The translations under genes were made by a program, and so were the position numbers. Positions 38,232-51,158 of a stretch of DNA of 64,000 bases are shown here, piece after piece (within the stretch, counting starts at the first letter, position 1; the number at the start of each line of letters is the position of its first letter). Source of the DNA: Cladosporium halotolerans (lineage: Eukaryota); assembly GCF_011745625.1 (NCBI RefSeq), contig NW_027191453.1, forward strand, positions 496,001-560,000. Reading direction: 5' to 3'. Below the pieces are notes generated by a model. The model worked only from the letters and a program-made list of their open reading frames with translations. It did not search any database and was not told the DNA's origin.

Positions 38232-40456
38232 TCAACTACACCCACCACACTCCCCACTCCCCCCCTTCTCCCTCCCCCCAAACGCCAACCTCGACAACCC
38301 GTCCACGACCCCCCGGATCCCCCCTTTCCCCGCCGCCACCTGGCTCGGCGTGCTCGAGTAGCTCGGCGGCACGTCCATGCAGGGATTCGACGTGAAGAAG
38401 TTGCGCGGGCGCAGCAATCTGTTCCCATTCCAATCGTCAGCATTCTGTCCTCTTTACTTCCTTTCTTTCCAATTTTGTTTTTAACTTACACAGTCATCGG
38501 CTCCGCCGGCATGACGGGGAAGTCCTCGGGCGAGGGGAAGTGCGTCAGCCCGAAGGTGTGCCAGAGCACGACGTCCTCTTGGTCAAGGGGCGTCGAGGGC
38601 GCGGCGGCGATCCAGGCGGGCAGGCCTTGCGAGGGCGAGCCGGAGGTTTGCGGGACGTGCCGGCCGGCGGGGTGGAGTTGGGCGTCGTCGTCTGGTGGAA
38701 AGAATGTTAGATTCGGGGCGTGGGGAGGGAGTGGGAGTGTAGGTGGCTTACATTTCGTAACATGCACGGCGTGCCGCGCGAAACCAGCGCGCTTCCAGAC
38801 CAGGCTTCCTTCCTTGGGCAGCAGAGGCGGCACTTCGCGGCTGACGAGCTTGTACGAGACGGGCTTCTTGGAGAACGGGTTGAGCTTGCCCGTGTTGGCC
38901 ATCTCCCAGGTGCGGCTGAGCTGGCCGTCGTAGTCGCTCATGCCCGCGCCCATGGTCTCGACCTTGGTCTTCCTCGCGTAGAAGGCGTTGCCGTAGAAAT
39001 TCTCCTCGCTGCCCACGGGCGCGTCCGCGGCCACCGCGTCCGCGACGAAGACGGTGTTCGCGGGCCCGTCGACGTTGGGGTCCAGGCGCAGGCAGAAGAG
39101 GTGCTGGTGGTTGTGCGCGTTGACGCCCGGGTAGACTTCCGTGCCCCAGGGCGCGGCGGCCTCGCCGGGCGCGAGGGCGTACGTGTTCAGGATGCCCGTC
39201 AGCTTGATCTCGAGCTGGATGGTGCCGTCCTGGTGGAAGATCCAGTACACGCAGTACTCGTAGTTGGCGGCGGTGAAGATGTGGGAGATGAGCAGCTTGC
39301 GCGCGCGCGTCACGGTCGTCGACTCGTCGCGGAAGTCCGTGTGCTTGAACAGCACGCCCGCGTCCTCCTCGTGGATGCAGATGGCGTTTTTGATCGTCGT
39401 CGGCTCGCCGGCGCGGTTGACGAAGTCCGCGTCCAGGTAGTGGATCGCGCCTTTGCAATCGCAGCCGAGCGCGAGCGAGTTGGTCATGTACCCGCCGCCG
39501 TACTCGCCGAGGTCGAAGGCGTGTTTGCGCTGGTGGGGGCGTTCGGGATTGCCGTAGGGGACGACCATTTCGGCGAGGGAGATGCGCCAGAAGGTGGGGC
39601 GGATGGTGCCCTTGTCGTTGTAGGTGATGTTCGACAGGACGATGCCTTCGCGATAGTTGAAGCCGATGTGGACCGACCAGTTCTGCCATTTGAGCGTGCG
39701 GCCATCGATGCTGAATGAGACGCCATCGGGTTGTGTGATGTTCAGAGGCTTGATGTCTTTTCGGAAGCCAGTCTCCTTCTTGATCGCTTCGGCGTGATAG
39801 TTGATAGGCTTGGCCTTATTGAGTTGCCTCCTCACTTTCGGCACGTCGATATGAATGATCTTCTGTGTGTCGGCATTATAGATAGGGCAGAAGTCCAAGG
39901 GATACGTGTACTGGCAGTCATCCGGGTGTGGGCGGTAATACATCAGAGCCTGCTGCAAGCGCACCTTGCTGCCGAAGCGCTCGTCGTAGCCGATTGTCCA
40001 CGGGTCGCAGTAGACCTTGAGCATATCCTCGGGCGGGATCCCGACAATTCCGCATTGCTTGATGACCTCCGGATCTTTTCGCACAACCGATTCCACATTC
40101 TGCAGGTCCTCCATCGTGATTAGCGGCTGGACGCCTTCCGTCAATTCCCAGGACAAGATCTTGCCCTCGTCGAGGTCCACTAAGCCATCGTATACTTTGC
40201 TGCCACGACCGATCGTAACAACGTCCGCGATCCTCTTCGGTCTCTTCACACCCTCCGTATTTTCGACCCATCGCAACATTTCGGCCTTCGGGGGCTCGTA
40301 GAGCGTGACGGCGTTGAAGAAGACATCATTGTAGGATTCTCTGACGATCGCGACTGCTTTCGCGATCTCATCTTTCGTGAGGGGATCAAAAGGGTGGTGT
40401 TCAACTGCCTTGCCCGACAGGTGGGAGCTCATCTGCTGGAGGCGTTCCAGCACCAT
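38232..40456 (-). CDS. Peroxisomal copper (TPQ) amine oxidase, 3 exons (40456-38752, 38691-38490, 38418-38232)
   Basis: HPFDPL, AFDLGEYG, LGCDCKG, TPQ motif ANYEY, Cu ligands HNHQH and THFPSPEDFPVMP. N-terminal PTS2 RLQQMSSHL. Confidence 0.95.
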
Positions 40457-40590
40457 GTTGTCGGTCTCGTCGCTCTTTCGTATTCTCGCTATGCAGTAAT
40501 AGTGGTCCGCCTATGGCAACCTTTTTAGGAGCAAGAAACAAGAGGTGCTTATGAAATATCAGAGACAACAGAGATCAGACCTGTACCTAC

Positions 40591-40813
40591 CTTATCCAAC
40601 TTATAGCTCTTACCCCGGCCGACATTGGCCCAGCCTTATCAATACATGTACCTTGTCGAGCTCCAAAATGTCCATCGCACGCGGCGAAGTGTGGGGAAGA
40701 GGGGGATTCGAGAGGCTGATAACCGAAGCGCTATGCCGGTTTCGGAGCCATTTCGCGCGATGGTGGAGAGCTCGCCATAGCCGGCCCATAGCCGGCCGGC
40801 AATGGGACTTATC
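40591..40813. promoter_or_regulatory. Four GATA sites upstream of the amine oxidase (AreA/NIT2-type)
   Basis: CTTATC at 40591, 40635 and 40808; TGATAA at 40717. There is also a near-tandem CCATAGCCGGCC repeat at about 40775-40797. Confidence 0.55.
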
Positions 40814-41125
40814 GCGGCGCGTGAGCTGACACTTGCCATCGACAAACACCACCGGGGAAGATGTTTTGGTGTGACTGTTGCTGACGGGAAGAACATTCGG
40901 GGGCCTCGGGCTCCGAAAGGCGCTGCTTTACGTGAATGCATTGTGAATGGATCATGTGGAGGCAATCGTTGTTGGCCTCTGTGCAATGGCACCAGAATCC
41001 GCGCGATTCGCTGCCAATACAGTCAACGTCCTTCAGTTCACGTCTTCACAGGCGATGCAGAGAATGTCAGTACGTTCGTTCCGCATGCCCACCTTGCCTT
41101 TCATCAGCAATATTTGCCAACAGAC

Positions 41126-43637
41126 TCATACGAGTATCAAGCGCCGCTGCTTCCCTTTCCTCACCAAATCGTCCATATGTTCTTCAACGCCAAGCCAGTG
41201 AAGGTAGACATCGCCGACGAGCACGGATCTATTCATGGCCTCCGTCCGACGGTACAGTGCGAACGAGCTTAGGCGCCACGGTATTAGGGAACAAGACGAT
41301 CTCGTCGCCTGGCTGTGCCGCAGCGTCGGCCATAACGAGGCCGAGACGCTCATTGTCGGTCTGGGCGAGTTTCAATTCCGCCAGGCTCTTGAGAGTCTGA
41401 TCGCAAGAGACAACGCGCATAGCTGCTTCTGTTGCGTGCGACGCTCCTCCAGGCCAGCCAATCTGCGACGTCGAAATGTTCAAATCTTGCATCAGAGCCT
41501 CGCGAGCGTCAGAGCGTGGGCGGAAAGACTGCCACCTTCGTAGCTCTGTGAGGAGAGATTTGAGATCGTTGTCTGCACTTTCAATGAAGTCATTGAGATG
41601 TTGGTATTCGTGCGGTCTCATGCTCAGGCTTGGTGAAGCATTGTGGGAAGGGTTGAGATACCGTTCGAAGATCTAAGCAGCTGTCTCCAGTAGGCTTTGA
41701 TGATATCAGATCCGGCCTCCTGCTGTGTTGGCGTCCTCGTCGAAAAATTTCTTAATCGTATTCAGCAGACCAAAGCCCCATTCCGTTTCCAGCGCTTCTT
41801 GCATGTGCAGTCTCCTGCCTATAGTGCCATTGCAAGGCATCCTTGAGATTTGGTCGTAGTACTGGCCATAGTAAGCCAGGTAGCGTAATACTTCACAAAG
41901 GGAACCTGGATCCCTCACTGAGTCTAGGCCTTCCAGGATCGTTATCTGGAACCTCCCGTCGTCGTTTGGACTGGCTATGGCTTTGAAAAGCCAAGGGTAC
42001 TCTGACAAAATTTCCAAGCCAGCTCTTGCGAAGACCTCGTCCTGTTGCAAGGGTCTGATTTCGGACAACGCCAGAGGTCTCTCGATCAGTGACTGCAGCG
42101 AGTGCGACGAACACGGAGAAGGCAGCGCTTCTGCGTGGCACTGCCAACCGTTCTTCTCATGCATGCGGACATAGAAGAGGAAAAGCGTTTCTGCTATACG
42201 CTCTTCGGTTGATGACTCAGGAAGCGAATGATCGACAGCAATATTCCCTGCTTCTTTGAGATGCCAACAGCTCATCCGCCAAGCCATGAACTTTGAGTAC
42301 TTGGGCCCAATGATTTCGATCGCAACAGTTTGCCTATCCCATTCAGAGACATAGAGCGCGCTTGGTTCCAACTCAAAAGGAAGGCGAATCCTTCCCACAG
42401 AAGTCACTGATCCGATTGAGATAGCTGGAGCAATCAATATGTTCTCGCCATACTGGGATATCGTGAAACGCATTGGGCCGTCGTGGTGCAGGTCTATGCT
42501 GTCGAAGCCCTCAAGTCTAGGCAAGGAGGCAGCTCGTTTTGAAGAAAAATCCGGGACCCATGAAGGAAGGCCATCAGTAGAATACGTGCTTGATGGCGAT
42601 GACCCAAGGCTCGTGATATCTAGCGAGTGCAATCGAGTGATGGCAGTCTCGGCAAGCTCAAGGAATACATCTCGGACTGGACGTTTGTAATCGGCCACGG
42701 TCAGATCTGCAGAAAGACCTCGCGTCAAACCTAGGAGTGCAAAAAGTTTGTCGCGAGGATCGGTGGCGTCGAAGTTGTGAGTCCTGTTGAGCAGGTAGAA
42801 AAGATTATCTGCGTACGACTGGCGGATCTCGAAAGCCCCGGGCAACTGGTTGCCAGCATATCTGAGTCGAGGAGGGATTCTAGCCTTTGCTCGTATCTCT
42901 TGTAGCACGCGTAAACGGTTACAGTCTTCTGGTAATCCCGAGTCAAGTGCAGCGCTAACAAAGGTCGGCCAGTCCAAGCGGTCATTGCCGCACATGATCA
43001 AATGGTTGGATGTTCCAAGAGCGACTTCTTGGACTATCCTACACCCTCAACTTGTCAGCAGATGAATATGCGTTGGCTTTGAGCTTGCTCACCATACTTG
43101 CGACCAATATCTGCGTTTAAGTAAATTGCTCAAACTAGTGCAAGTTGTTGTCATAGTAGGTCCTTTCTCGAAAATGACCTGGACGGCTTGATACCAGCGC
43201 ATGTATTCGAACACATCGCTGCTGCCATCCAACTCAACACCAAGCCATACGATCACTCTGTGGGCACAGCGGTAGATATTGCCCATCTGCTGGACTTGGG
43301 CAGCCGTCTCATTCGCGTCTTCCTGATTGATGCACAATGCGTCTATCCAGACCACGCAACTTTTCCCAAGCTGTCGGAGAGCCAGTAGAGCGGCCTGCAG
43401 GTTCTTGGTAACTCCCACATGGATGCCGTTGACAAGCACGAGATTGCTGCGTTCGTCAGTGCCCCACGTATACGAGAGTGCCTCGTAGTTAGCGCCGACC
43501 AAAGTGGACCTGAAAAGTGTGCACTCCAGTGGCGTGTCTGACTCTCCTCGACGGATGCGTAGAAAGCGAGTCTGCAGGTGATCGTCAGAAAGCGGTAGCG
43601 GGCCGTAGAGTGCACTCGACCAAGCCTTTGCGGCCAT
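41126..43637 (-). pseudogene. HET-domain (heterokaryon incompatibility, HET-6-like) gene with disrupted C-terminus
   Basis: YEALSYTWG, VTKNLQAAL, WIDALCINQ, QVQQMGNIY, and YWSQVW/IVQEV across intron 43092-43039, then ATDPRDKLFALLGL and LPSWVPDF. Stops at 41706 and 41673 precede an in-frame LGLV..AQPGDEIVLF segment; VLVGDVYLH is in a shifted frame. Confidence 0.75.
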
Positions 43638-44442
43638 CAGAGAGTCTGATCGCTGATAAATCGAACAAGTCGCATTTGCGCTCGATTATAGATGCTGTGA
43701 ACAGAGCCAGATTGGAAAGACGAGGTTGTTCCGATCCTGGCGCCTGAGCTGAGTCGGCTCTGCTAGGTCACTCCGCCATTGCTGGCGTGGTGCCACATTT
43801 CACCAGGATGCATAGCCATTGGCATGGCTAGATAAGCTGAGACGCAAGTATGACATTGCCTTGACTATGCGGAAGCCACCGGTGAGTGCCAGCGATTGAG
43901 AATGTTTATACAGACATGCGAAATCGCGCCCAGATTGAAGTCTGACGTACAGAGTGATCTGCATCATCTGTTTCTTCATTGGCTGGATCTCGAGCCACGC
44001 TAGTAAATTGTCGACCATCGCGTTACATGTTACATGTAGGCGTTTAGTGAACGGAACGACGACGTCTCGATGACAAGGATTGATTGGCTTTTCGCCACTT
44101 TTTTCCTGCACTAACGCGATGTCTGTACTAGTCATCCATCATCGTTCGATCGCAGTCACATGCCGAGTGCGCATAGGTGCAGCGACAACCCTCGATCCCA
44201 CCATGCTGTTGTCACGTGAATACAAGTCTTCATCGAGCACGTGGTGGCAAAGATGAAGTGATTCGAGTGATGCCAGCGATCACGCGTTTGAACGCAGAAG
44301 TGATGCCTACGTCTCACCGGTCCGTCGTAATTACAGCCTGCCGCCTATCTTACCTTGTCAATGACTCTTGGTGACACGAAGAACCTCGCAACACTGTTCA
44401 TCAAGACCACTGCAATTCTTACTATCGCACTGCAAGAGTAGC

Positions 44443-45228
44443 ATGTCGAACGCCATGACTAGCGACATTGAAATGACGGACCTTGCCACCGACGTCAACA
44501 CGTCTCCGGACGTTGTCACCAATGAGCAGGCCTTGCCACAGCCTAGCTCGACCGACAACAGTGCCATCACCCCCACGCTGGGTCCTGCCTCTGTAAAGAC
44601 TCGCAAGACCGGCACCTACGTTAGCGGCGGGACCAATCACCAAGTAGACCCCCTCTCCCTGCCGTGAATCCTTCCTCTTCGGCCACTAATATGATAGATT
44701 GAGTGGCTCGAGGCTGCTGAAGAGGCCGCCATGTCCGAATTGCCGGCTAGCAAGAAGCCGAAGCTGGAGAGCGGTACCCATGCAGAGGAGGGCATCAACG
44801 CAGCCAAGGAGCACCATCACGGCGAGCATCATGCGGTCCCGCCGCAGGTTGGAACCATGGATAAGGAGCCCGACCACGACGACTCCGAAGCTGATTCGGC
44901 CATTGCAATCGACGACGTCTCCGCGGAGCCTGCCAACCTCGAGCCACCGAGGACTCCTCCGCCGACCAACGCCTCACTTTTGCAGCATGCGATTGCCGTC
45001 GCGGCCGCTCAGGAGGCTCCCAAGAGACCGCATTGTTCGGTTGCCCGTCTCGCCAGGCGTGACCTTTCTGCCACGTTCATTTCGCGTTCTGCCGCTGCCA
45101 CTGCCATGGCTGAGCGCGCTCATTTCTTCAATTCCGATGAGGATTATGAGGCTCAGTACTGCCTGACCAAGCGTGCAGAGAGAGCCACCGAGGCCGAGAT
45201 CCCGCGCGCGACGTTCCAATTCTCCTAA
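44443..45228 (+). CDS. Low-complexity acidic hypothetical protein, 2 exons (44443-44643, 44698-45228)
   Basis: Intron GTAGAC..CTAAT..TAG joins two ORFs in frame. The product has an NLS-like PASKKPKL. No family recognised. Confidence 0.55.
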
Positions 45229-47247
45229 TCAGGCTGGGTGCTCCGATTGGGCTCCGATGCGGCTTTGTGGGTGGCAGACATGGCGCGGGATGTGATGAGA
45301 AATTGTAGTGCGAACGGGCACGGATAGGAGGGTACGGGATTTGGAAATCGAGACAGTTGAGCCGCCTCTGGGCGTGGGCGGAGTTGGGCGACCATCGAAC
45401 ATAACTTATCTGCGAGCATCGATAAGACCTGGGCGAACTTTGTTTCTAATGGAAATTGTCCGGGTACCGAGCAAACCCTTACCCAGTGGCTATCCCCCGC
45501 TGAATTACTTGTGTTGATACACTGTTACACTGCCCACGTTGCCGTGCTGGCGTGAAGGACGTGGATATCCCGTGGGAGTAGGCGTTGGAGTACCTAGGCT
45601 CTACTTGCGTGATGCGGTCGGCAGTAGCACCACCCTCGATTTGCAATTCGATGCTGCTAGTTGAGACCGTCCGTCGGCGCGGCCAGCCGCCTGACTCTTT
45701 CACCGTCGATTGACTCTAGCGATCGGACCCATGTAATTGCGAAGCGCTCGCCTACCTTTGCCTCCCACCACGCGCTCTCAGGCGCTGCCCCAAAAAGCGC
45801 AACGCAGATCGCTTTCGTGCGCAAGCGGAGCGGCAAGTTTTTTGGCCGTGCCCAACTAGCCGGCCACGGTATGTCACCGTACATGCGGCGGGAGTCATGT
45901 GTATGTAGCCGTTCGAAGCGCGCCAGCAACGAGCCGATAGCGATCGGAGATCCGGGGGCACGCCAGCGGCGATGAGCCTGGAGTTTGGGGGCGCGTGGCC
46001 GAGCGATCGATGTGCTGGCACTGGAGAGCCGCACTGTTATCTGCCCGTGTTGCCTGGCCCCGTGCCTCTGATACGCTTTGGGAGTCGACATTTTAGCCTC
46101 CCCTGCCAATCAGGCACGCACCCAATACCATCACCCAGCACGCGCTTTGGTGCTGGCTGAAGGGCGAGCAGCGCTGCTTGCGCGTCTACCAAGGCCTACC
46201 CATGTCCCCGAGCCGTGTTCGCGCAGATCTATGGATCCCATGTTGCGCAAAATGCTCTCCAGCACCACGAACCCCCCTGCCGCGGCGGGTGTAGTACCGT
46301 GACAGGCCTGCACACCTTGTCGAGCAGCACTCCCTTCCGTCTTCCGCGGCACCCCCGCGACGTCGAGTTTATCCATCAGGCCATACTCGAACTGCCTCGA
46401 ACTGCATGGCGGCCGCATGGACGCGCTCCCAGGCTGTGAGCAGCGCCGCCCACCGCGTCGGTGGGATCTGCCCCCACGCGCGCGCGGCATGATCTGGTTC
46501 ACGCCTCGTCGAGGAGCCTCCAGATAGGCTGCGGGGGGTCGCCGTGATGCGCCTGTTCCAGAGCTCGCCGGGCACGCATGAGGTGCTCCCGCCAGCCTGG
46601 GTCGATGGCGCTCACTCGCGCTGCCTTGCAGGCACCGTCACATCAAGCCATGGCCCGTCGGTACCGCTGGCGGCAAGGCTCCCACCCACATTTCGACCGC
46701 GGCGCCGGTCATCTGTACGATCCGAGCTGCGTTTCGATCTCTCCTCCTATCGCGACTGCAGCTTCACTCGACGCGGCTGCGAGCTCGCTTCGCCGTTGCG
46801 CCAACCTTGACTAGCCAACCCTCGTCAATCCTCAGCCTGCCCGCCCACTCCGCCTTGACCGCGGCAGGCTGCGTTCTGCCGCCCCATTTTAGGGCGGGAT
46901 GTCTGGATTGACAATCACCAAGCTTCGTCATTTGGCGATCAGACCTGCGTGGGCATGGACTTTTGGATGGCACGCCGGTGCATATCACCCCGTTCCCCCT
47001 CATATGCCATGTAGGTGCAGCATACTTCAGCCTTTTCCCTGACCTCAAACTCAAACCTTATCGAAATCGTCACATGCTCTCATCCTTCTTCTAAGACAAG
47101 TCCGTCGAACCGTGCTTGCCCTTAGCAGCTCATAGCAGTGGTCGGCCTAATTACACCTGCCTCCTCGGCGTTACTACTACATCTCAGGACTGACGTCGAA
47201 GCCCTGGGTGCAAGAAATTACCGACGTTCTAGCAACGATTGACGACA

Positions 47248-48558
47248 ATGCAGGGGGTTATCGCTGATGGACAGCCTAACGATGCGTTCCAGAGGCGGAT
47301 GAGCCAAGTCCAGTACAGTTCGCTGGACATGGCGAACATGATTGCAGCTTTCAACGTGCCGTTCCGCCCTGACGAGCTGAACTCTGCGTCTGGATCAACG
47401 CCTGTACAGCACAACATGACCCAACAACCTCTCACGAATCTCGCCCCAACGATGGCTCCCTGCGATCTCTTCAATGCGAACGCCGGTCTGGACATGAACA
47501 CCTCGTTCAGCGATCCATACAACTTGGCTGCTGCTACTATGGGTCACCCTGCAACGTTTGGATCGTTGTCGTGGCCGTCTGCTCCTATCGTACCTCAACT
47601 TCCCCGTGACCCAAGCTGCAGTACCGTTTCTTCGGATCCATACATCAAGTCAGAAGACGAATCGCCAGTGCATTCGTCACAGCTCCTCTACGACACAACC
47701 GCATATACCTCTCCTGCCGAATATTCCAGTGCCTTCGACAGCTCAGACGACAGCAAACCCGTCATCTTCAAAACCGACATCGACAACCTGATGCGTGCAA
47801 TCCAGTCCAAGCAACCAGACGAAAAGGAATCCCAGCGAAGCTCATCCGCCACAAAATCCCCATCCACATCTCCCCCAACACGCAAAGCCAAACCTAAGAA
47901 ACGATACCAATGCGCAACCCCCGGCTGCAACAAAGCCTTCCACCAAAAGACGCACCTCGACATCCACACCCGCGCGCACACGGGTGTCAAGCCCTTCTTA
48001 TGCAAGGAGCCCTCCTGCGGGCAGCGCTTCAGCCAGCTGGGCAACCTCAAGACGCACGAGCGGCGGCACACCGGCGAGCGGCCCTACCACTGCGACATCT
48101 GCGGCAAGACGTTCGCGCAGCACGGCAACGTGCGCGCGCACAAGGTCGTGCACACCGCCGCGAAGCCCTTCGTCTGCAAGCTCGACGACTGCGGCAAGCG
48201 CTTCACGCAGCTCGGCAACCTCAAGTCGCACCAGAACAAGTTCCACAGCGCGACGATTTGCCGGCTGCGCGAGCGGTTCGCGAACATCAAGGAGGGTGAC
48301 GTGGTCGAGGAGTGGGAGAAGGCGCTGTGGGAGTACTTCGTCGGGCTGTACAAGAATTGTAACAAGGGTATCAAGGGGAGGGGCAAGGATCGGAGGATCA
48401 GCAATACGTCTGCGGTGCCTGCGGCGTCTCCCGCCGCCGCATCTGGACGGCGGGACAGCTTCATGAGCATAAGCATGGCCGCCCAGTCTTGCAGTCCCGC
48501 TACTTTGCCGGGTGTGGTGCCGCCTGCGCAGGCGTTCATCATGCCTCCAGGCATCTGA
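47248..48558 (+). CDS. AZF1: C2H2 zinc-finger transcription factor, AZF1-like (4 fingers)
   Basis: [51 protein letters not shown] and the post-finger [15 protein letters not shown] motif. The start codon is uncertain. Confidence 0.85.
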   Translation: MQGVIADGQPNDAFQRRMSQVQYSSLDMANMIAAFNVPFRPDELNSASGSTPVQHNMTQQPLTNLAPTMAPCDLFNANAGLDMNTSFSDPYNLAAATMGHPATFGSLSWPSAPIVPQLPRDPSCSTVSSDPYIKSEDESPVHSSQLLYDTTAYTSPAEYSSAFDSSDDSKPVIFKTDIDNLMRAIQSKQPDEKESQRSSSATKSPSTSPPTRKAKPKKRYQCATPGCNKAFHQKTHLDIHTRAHTGVKPFLCKEPSCGQRFSQLGNLKTHERRHTGERPYHCDICGKTFAQHGNVRAHKVVHTAAKPFVCKLDDCGKRFTQLGNLKSHQNKFHSATICRLRERFANIKEGDVVEEWEKALWEYFVGLYKNCNKGIKGRGKDRRISNTSAVPAASPAAASGRRDSFMSISMAAQSCSPATLPGVVPPAQAFIMPPGI

Positions 48559-49289
48559 AGAGTGGTCGACAATGCCTTTGAGACAGGTTGGAGCTTGTTC
48601 GTGTTTCCGCATAGAAATCACTACGGCTACATCGTTGATTTTGCATGGAGCGGACCGTACAGGATTGTTGTCTGTTATGTTGCACGGCTCTAGCATTTTC
48701 GTTAGGGCGCTTTGTTTTGTACGATACCTACCTACACCGAGTTACGATCTTATGACCAGTGAGTGTTAGATACGAATTGTATACATTCGTTATACATTAG
48801 TTTGATCGTAATAGTTGACGATAAAGTTCGGAAGATTTGATTTTCCTCTTTCAGCCAGGTTTGTCGCTTTTTGATGTAAGCTAGTGTTGCGTCTTTATGG
48901 GTTGCCGCAGACACGTCGAAGTCGAGCTGGAGTGAGGGCTTGATGAAGCTTGACGACACATGACGTGGGGCGGACGACAGCACCGTTTTCTCACCTCTAT
49001 TTTCTCAAAACAATGGGCCACGCTGTCTGACTCCATGACATGCAGTCTTATGCATGTCGATCATGCCACGTTCAAGGCCCATACCGCGATTGCAGAGAAA
49101 TCAGGTTCTAATTCGCGAAGATGCAGGGGAGACTGGTTTCGGCGGCCGTCTCGCCACACTGACTTCATCCTGATGGCTGAAGCCCGCACACATTCGCAGG
49201 CGATGTCACCGCCGTGTAACCCACAAGATAGCTTACCTCTGCCAGCTTTAGATTACCCTGAAGTTCCTGCTTTCCTACAATTTATTTTC

Positions 49290-50276
49290 ATGTCAAAGTC
49301 CACATTGACCACCTTCATAACCCAACTCCAACGCAACCTCCGCCAAAACCTCACCGCAATGACTTCCACAGCAGAACCCACCTCCCTCTCCGCCCGCTCT
49401 CCCACCCCGACACAAGGCCACGCAGACCCCAAACATCCTCACCTCGAACACGCCCCCGCCGCCAAATCCCTCCAAAAACAAGCCCACAAGCAGCTCTGCA
49501 CCGTCAAACCCCTCTCCATCACCGCCTCCAAAACCGACCCCGTCAAATCCTTCGCCGCATACCTCCACACCCCCCAAAACTACCACCGCGAAGCAACCGA
49601 GGGCCGCGAGAAGACCGCCGCGATCCTCATGTCCGGCGCGTCGGGCGGCGTCGCGGGCCCGTCCTCCATGTACCTCTCGATCGCGGACAAAGTCGCCAGC
49701 CTGCGACGCGGGATTCCGGTCCTTAGAATGGATTACCGCTACCCGGCGCGCAACAAGTACTGCGTGCCGGACGTGCTGGCGGCGATGGACTATTTGAAGC
49801 GCGGGTTCGCGGTGGAGCGGTTCGTGCTGGTCGGGTGGAGTTTTGGCGGCGCGCCGGTGTTGACGGTTGGGGGGATGGATGAGAGGGTCGTGGGGTGTGC
49901 GGTCGTCGCGTCGCAGACGGAGGAGACGGAGGGGATGAGGCGGGTCGGGGAGAAGAGCTTGCCGCTGCTTTTGATGCATGGGACTGCGGATGCAGTGCTG
50001 GGGGCGTCGGGGTCGGAGAGCTTGTTTGAGAGGTATAAGCGGTGCGTTAGGGAGGATTGTGGGGAGCTTAGGTTGTTTGAGGGGGATGATCATGCTTTGA
50101 CGCGGAATTCGAGGGAGGCGGAGGCGATGCTGTGCGCTTTCATCATGAAGTGTGCGGGAGAGGAGGTTGCTGAGGATGAGGAGGAGGTTTTGGAGAAGAC
50201 TCTGGTGGGTGAAGAGGAGAAGGTGAAGGTCATGGAGGAGGCAGGAGATCTTGGGGAGCCCGAGAGTGTCAGATGA
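49290..50276 (+). CDS. Alpha/beta hydrolase fold protein (start 49290 or 49359)
   Basis: Nucleophile elbow VGWSFGG, LLMHGTADAVL (Asp) and EGDDHAL (His). Confidence 0.85.
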   Translation: MSKSTLTTFITQLQRNLRQNLTAMTSTAEPTSLSARSPTPTQGHADPKHPHLEHAPAAKSLQKQAHKQLCTVKPLSITASKTDPVKSFAAYLHTPQNYHREATEGREKTAAILMSGASGGVAGPSSMYLSIADKVASLRRGIPVLRMDYRYPARNKYCVPDVLAAMDYLKRGFAVERFVLVGWSFGGAPVLTVGGMDERVVGCAVVASQTEETEGMRRVGEKSLPLLLMHGTADAVLGASGSESLFERYKRCVREDCGELRLFEGDDHALTRNSREAEAMLCAFIMKCAGEEVAEDEEEVLEKTLVGEEEKVKVMEEAGDLGEPESVR

Positions 50277-51158
50277 GATAGTTTAACAGATGCCTCAAGG
50301 ATGGCATAATGAGTACTCCTTTGAATGGTATTCTAAGGCTTGTTGCAGGCCATACGTGTGCCAAGACATATCACAATACCCCTATCGACCAGTCTATTTG
50401 TGAGTTTGCGACGCGTAACGCGTGACGAAGGGCACAGACGGGGAGGCGCATATCGTACGCCGGTAGACACCAGCCACCTCTCATCCGAAAGTTTATAGGC
50501 TTGGAAGACGACGACGTGCTCAGATATGTTCATAGATTAAGGCTTTCCAGGTAAAGTCCACTCTCAATAGTGCTTCATCTTCCGGAACATACAGTGAAAC
50601 AGATATTATCACTATATCATAAAACCTCGTGGACCTCGAGCTTTGGCGATGAGCGATGGGGCACTCCATATGATGTGCATGGGACGGTAAAGGAGCGGCC
50701 CGCGCCCGAACCGGCCGAAACGCAGAAAGTGAGTTAGGTAGCGCAAGGCGGAACCCAAAATTGTGGCGCCTCTCTCCGGCGCTCTCACGGTCCGGGCGCT
50801 GTGGTGGGGAACACTAGGTACGGTAACGGCTGGCGCTTCTCAATCTCTCCTACCATCTCTCTCTACCCAACCACGCTTCCAGTCACGGGACGCGCGACCA
50901 GGCAACACTTATCGCCCGGAATCTCAACTCCATCACCCTCTTCACGCGCCCGACCGCACACGGGCCTGCACGTCGACACAGGAGCCGGGACCGCCTGAGT
51001 GACCCGCGGATAGCGCGTTTGCTTGCTGGACCCATCGCGACAAGGCTGAGCGCTGTCGCACCGCCATTTGACACGCCGAATCCTCCTCCTCGCCCGCCAC
51101 CTCGAACATCACAACCACAACGCATCGCCGCGACCGATCCATTGGCACTGCAGCAAAC

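Noticed and set aside
48960..49289. N-terminal extension of the alpha/beta hydrolase ORF (similar extensions on LSC1, SUR1, SEC72 and the methyltransferase)
   Set aside because: These are most likely open 5' UTR or promoter frames, often from non-ATG starts in the track. Downstream ATGs in good context fit the families better.
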